From positions 1 to 38,357 of the forward strand of contig CAJVPI010000259.1 in the NCBI GenBank assembly GCA_910592345.1: 38,357 nucleotides of DNA, read 5' to 3'. How positions within the stretch are numbered: the stretch's first letter is position 1; every line of letters begins with the position of its first letter. The notes under the pieces were generated by a model that had not been told where the DNA came from, searched no databases, and was given only the letters and a program-made list of their open reading frames with translations. A program made the translations under genes and the position numbers. This document shows positions 36,601 to 38,357 of this stretch, one piece after another. This DNA is from Paraglomus brasilianum (lineage: Eukaryota).

Positions 36601-37407
36601 ACAAGTACTGTTACAACAAGTGAAATAGGGCGGACAAGTTCAGGCGGGAGTGGTGATTCCCGACCCAACAGCATGGAAGATAGCGGTGACACTGTAGCAG
36701 CTAAATTGGAACGAGCCGTTGCTTTTAACGAGAAAGATGTCAAAGAGAAAGATAAGGATAAGAGAAATCTTACCGATATGGTTAATCGAGTCCTATTCGG
36801 ACCACGAAGTAGTTTGGATAAATCACAAGATAGAGAAAAGGATAAACTGAAAACAGTCGACAGAGACCGGGATCGTAAATCGGACGAAAGCGATACTCGC
36901 GAAGATTCCTACCGCATCTACCCAGACGCAATAATGGTAAGTAGCCCAACATCAAATAAACGCCGTAGTTGGCGAACCGGGGCAAAGAAAATGTTTGGCG
37001 CACCAGAATCCGATAAACCGTACAATCGTCACTCTTCCAAGAGTGACCCACCACCATTACCAAAACCGCCAACGTCAAAACAGCATGCAAGGACATCGTC
37101 AGCTGTTTCACCGACGATCAAGTCGTCGACGTATGCTCCTACGCTACCGGCGCGTAGATCATTGGATGAGATAAGATCAGCAGCGCCACCGCCATTGATG
37201 CCTAAACCTGCAACTTTGATGCAGAGAAGTGCCAGTGCGTCGTCTGCGAGTGGGATAAGTGGTGGTGGGTCAGTGGGTGTTGCGGGTGGTGGAAGATTGA
37301 GTTTGGATGGTGCTGAAGACATTAGAATGGCATTAGCTAGAAAGGTTGCGAGCGAGGTTGTCGCTGCTGGGGGAATCCTAGAAAGGAACAGGAATGCAAG
37401 TGACTAG
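33697..37407 (+). CDS. RasGEF (CDC25-homology) domain protein with N-terminal MIT-like helical domain and PxxP motifs, ~1029 aa, 4 exons
   Basis: Exons 33697-33759, 33875-33950, 34140-34634, 34952-37407 splice in frame. RasGEF core IAYQLTLIESAIF..TDFFNYLT..RAQIIHHWVKVA..LQNYQTLKAILSAL..IMRLKRTW..NYQKYR..VPFLG. Pro-rich motifs PPIPPKP, PPLPPKP, PPPLPKPP. Confidence 0.9.
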
Positions 37408-38039
37408 TGGGAATGCGGGAAAACCGAATGAAATGGCTGGGATTTAAGAGAAACTTGGTGAGGGGGTTTGGTGGCGTGGGTATGTGGTGAGAATGTGGTG
37501 GTGATGGATGAATTCCGTTATTGTACAGTGAGAGAATTGACACTGGAGAAGCGATCGTGATCTCCGGTAGCTATATATTATATCTATAAATATATACATA
37601 CAAGTGTAAAAACAGGATTCACGCTAAAACGCGTTGCTATATGCTTAGCATATTCATGTAATAAAAAATGCAGTTGACGTACACTGGACTAAATGCTTGC
37701 AACGCTTGTTGCATTTACCATCTCGTTATGAAAACATGATAGCAAAGTTTTCTGGGGTGTAAAGCGATTGCATGGAAACGTTTGAATCAATAACGATAAC
37801 CATCATGATAAGCCGGGTACATACTTGTACTGCCATATTAATATATACCACGAGTACGATTTATTTAATTTCCGCCAAAGCATTGTGCACTACCAGACTA
37901 ATTAGGAAAAGTACAGGTTATACAAGTTTCCGTAGATATTCGCAATCGATTGTACTACCACAAATTATTATAAGGCAACTTTGTTTATATTCGTATTCAC
38001 ATGTGAGCAATTGTTGTCTTTCATATCCGTCACGGATCC

Positions 38040-38357
38040 CTACATCTCGTCTACCTCCTCTAACTCAATGTCCAAGCTGAAATCTGATAGTGGAGGTAAC
38101 TGTTGAGAACTGTTTCTTGGTTTAGGCAAATCTCTAGTAGGTAGAGTGTACTGGAATATTTACTCTCCTTTTCGAGACGTGATATGGGGTTTACATCATT
38201 ATAATAGATGGTATTCCACGCGTTGCTGTTAGAAGTACCTCCATCATAAATAAGGTCGCGAATGTCACCAAAAAGTGTCAATGCATCTGGACGCTTATCA
38301 GGATCAGCATCACAACACCGCTCGGCAAGTTTCTTGTATTCCTCTGGTGCGGAATCA
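38040..38357 (-). pseudogene. C-terminal part of a TKL protein kinase with an apparent frameshift (gene runs off the window)
   Basis: DSAPEEYKKLAERCCDADPDKRPDA (kinase subdomain XI), then WNTIYYNDVNP..RLEKESKYSST. The tail PTRDLPKPRNS..DIELEEVDEM* lies in a shifted frame near 38140. Confidence 0.75.

Noticed and set aside
4026..37407. Functional cell-cycle gene cluster (CDC23, RNR2, Byr4-like, RasGEF)
   Set aside because: The genes are separated by unrelated genes and repeats, the RasGEF is not recognisably Lte1, and there are no synteny data. Chance co-location is sufficient.
1..38357. CRISPR array, tRNA genes, prokaryotic operons, and the many short antisense ORFs in the track
   Set aside because: No regularly spaced repeat-spacer array or cloverleaf was seen. 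The short ORFs are mostly antisense or alternate-frame shadows of spliced genes, or intron read-through.

Overview
Eukaryotic, intron-rich, AT-rich nuclear DNA from an early-diverging fungus, most likely Mucoromycota (Glomeromycotina-like; inferred from short GT-AG introns, several TKL-type kinases, a Mucoromycota-type 18S fragment and apparent endobacterial DNA). Conserved spliced genes are CDC23/APC8 (4026-7369), RNR2 (21094-22516), a compact Byr4/Bfa1-like gene, a mitochondrial CCDC90/MCUR1-family (DUF1640) gene, RBM25/Snu71, a YJR142W-like Nudix hydrolase (minus strand) and a MIT-like + RasGEF gene. Much of the rest of the first 20 kb is decayed accessory DNA. It holds a Tc1/mariner relic, a MITE-like inverted repeat, an intact predicted pseudokinase, a decayed TKL kinase with a C-terminal membrane anchor (paralogous to a frameshifted kinase tail at the window end), two intronless fragments that read best with UGA=Trp and resemble Mollicutes-related endobacterial (MRE) genes, and a ~370-codon frame interrupted only by TAA/TAG stops (RIP-like signature). 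All gene models and homologies were read by eye, without database searches.
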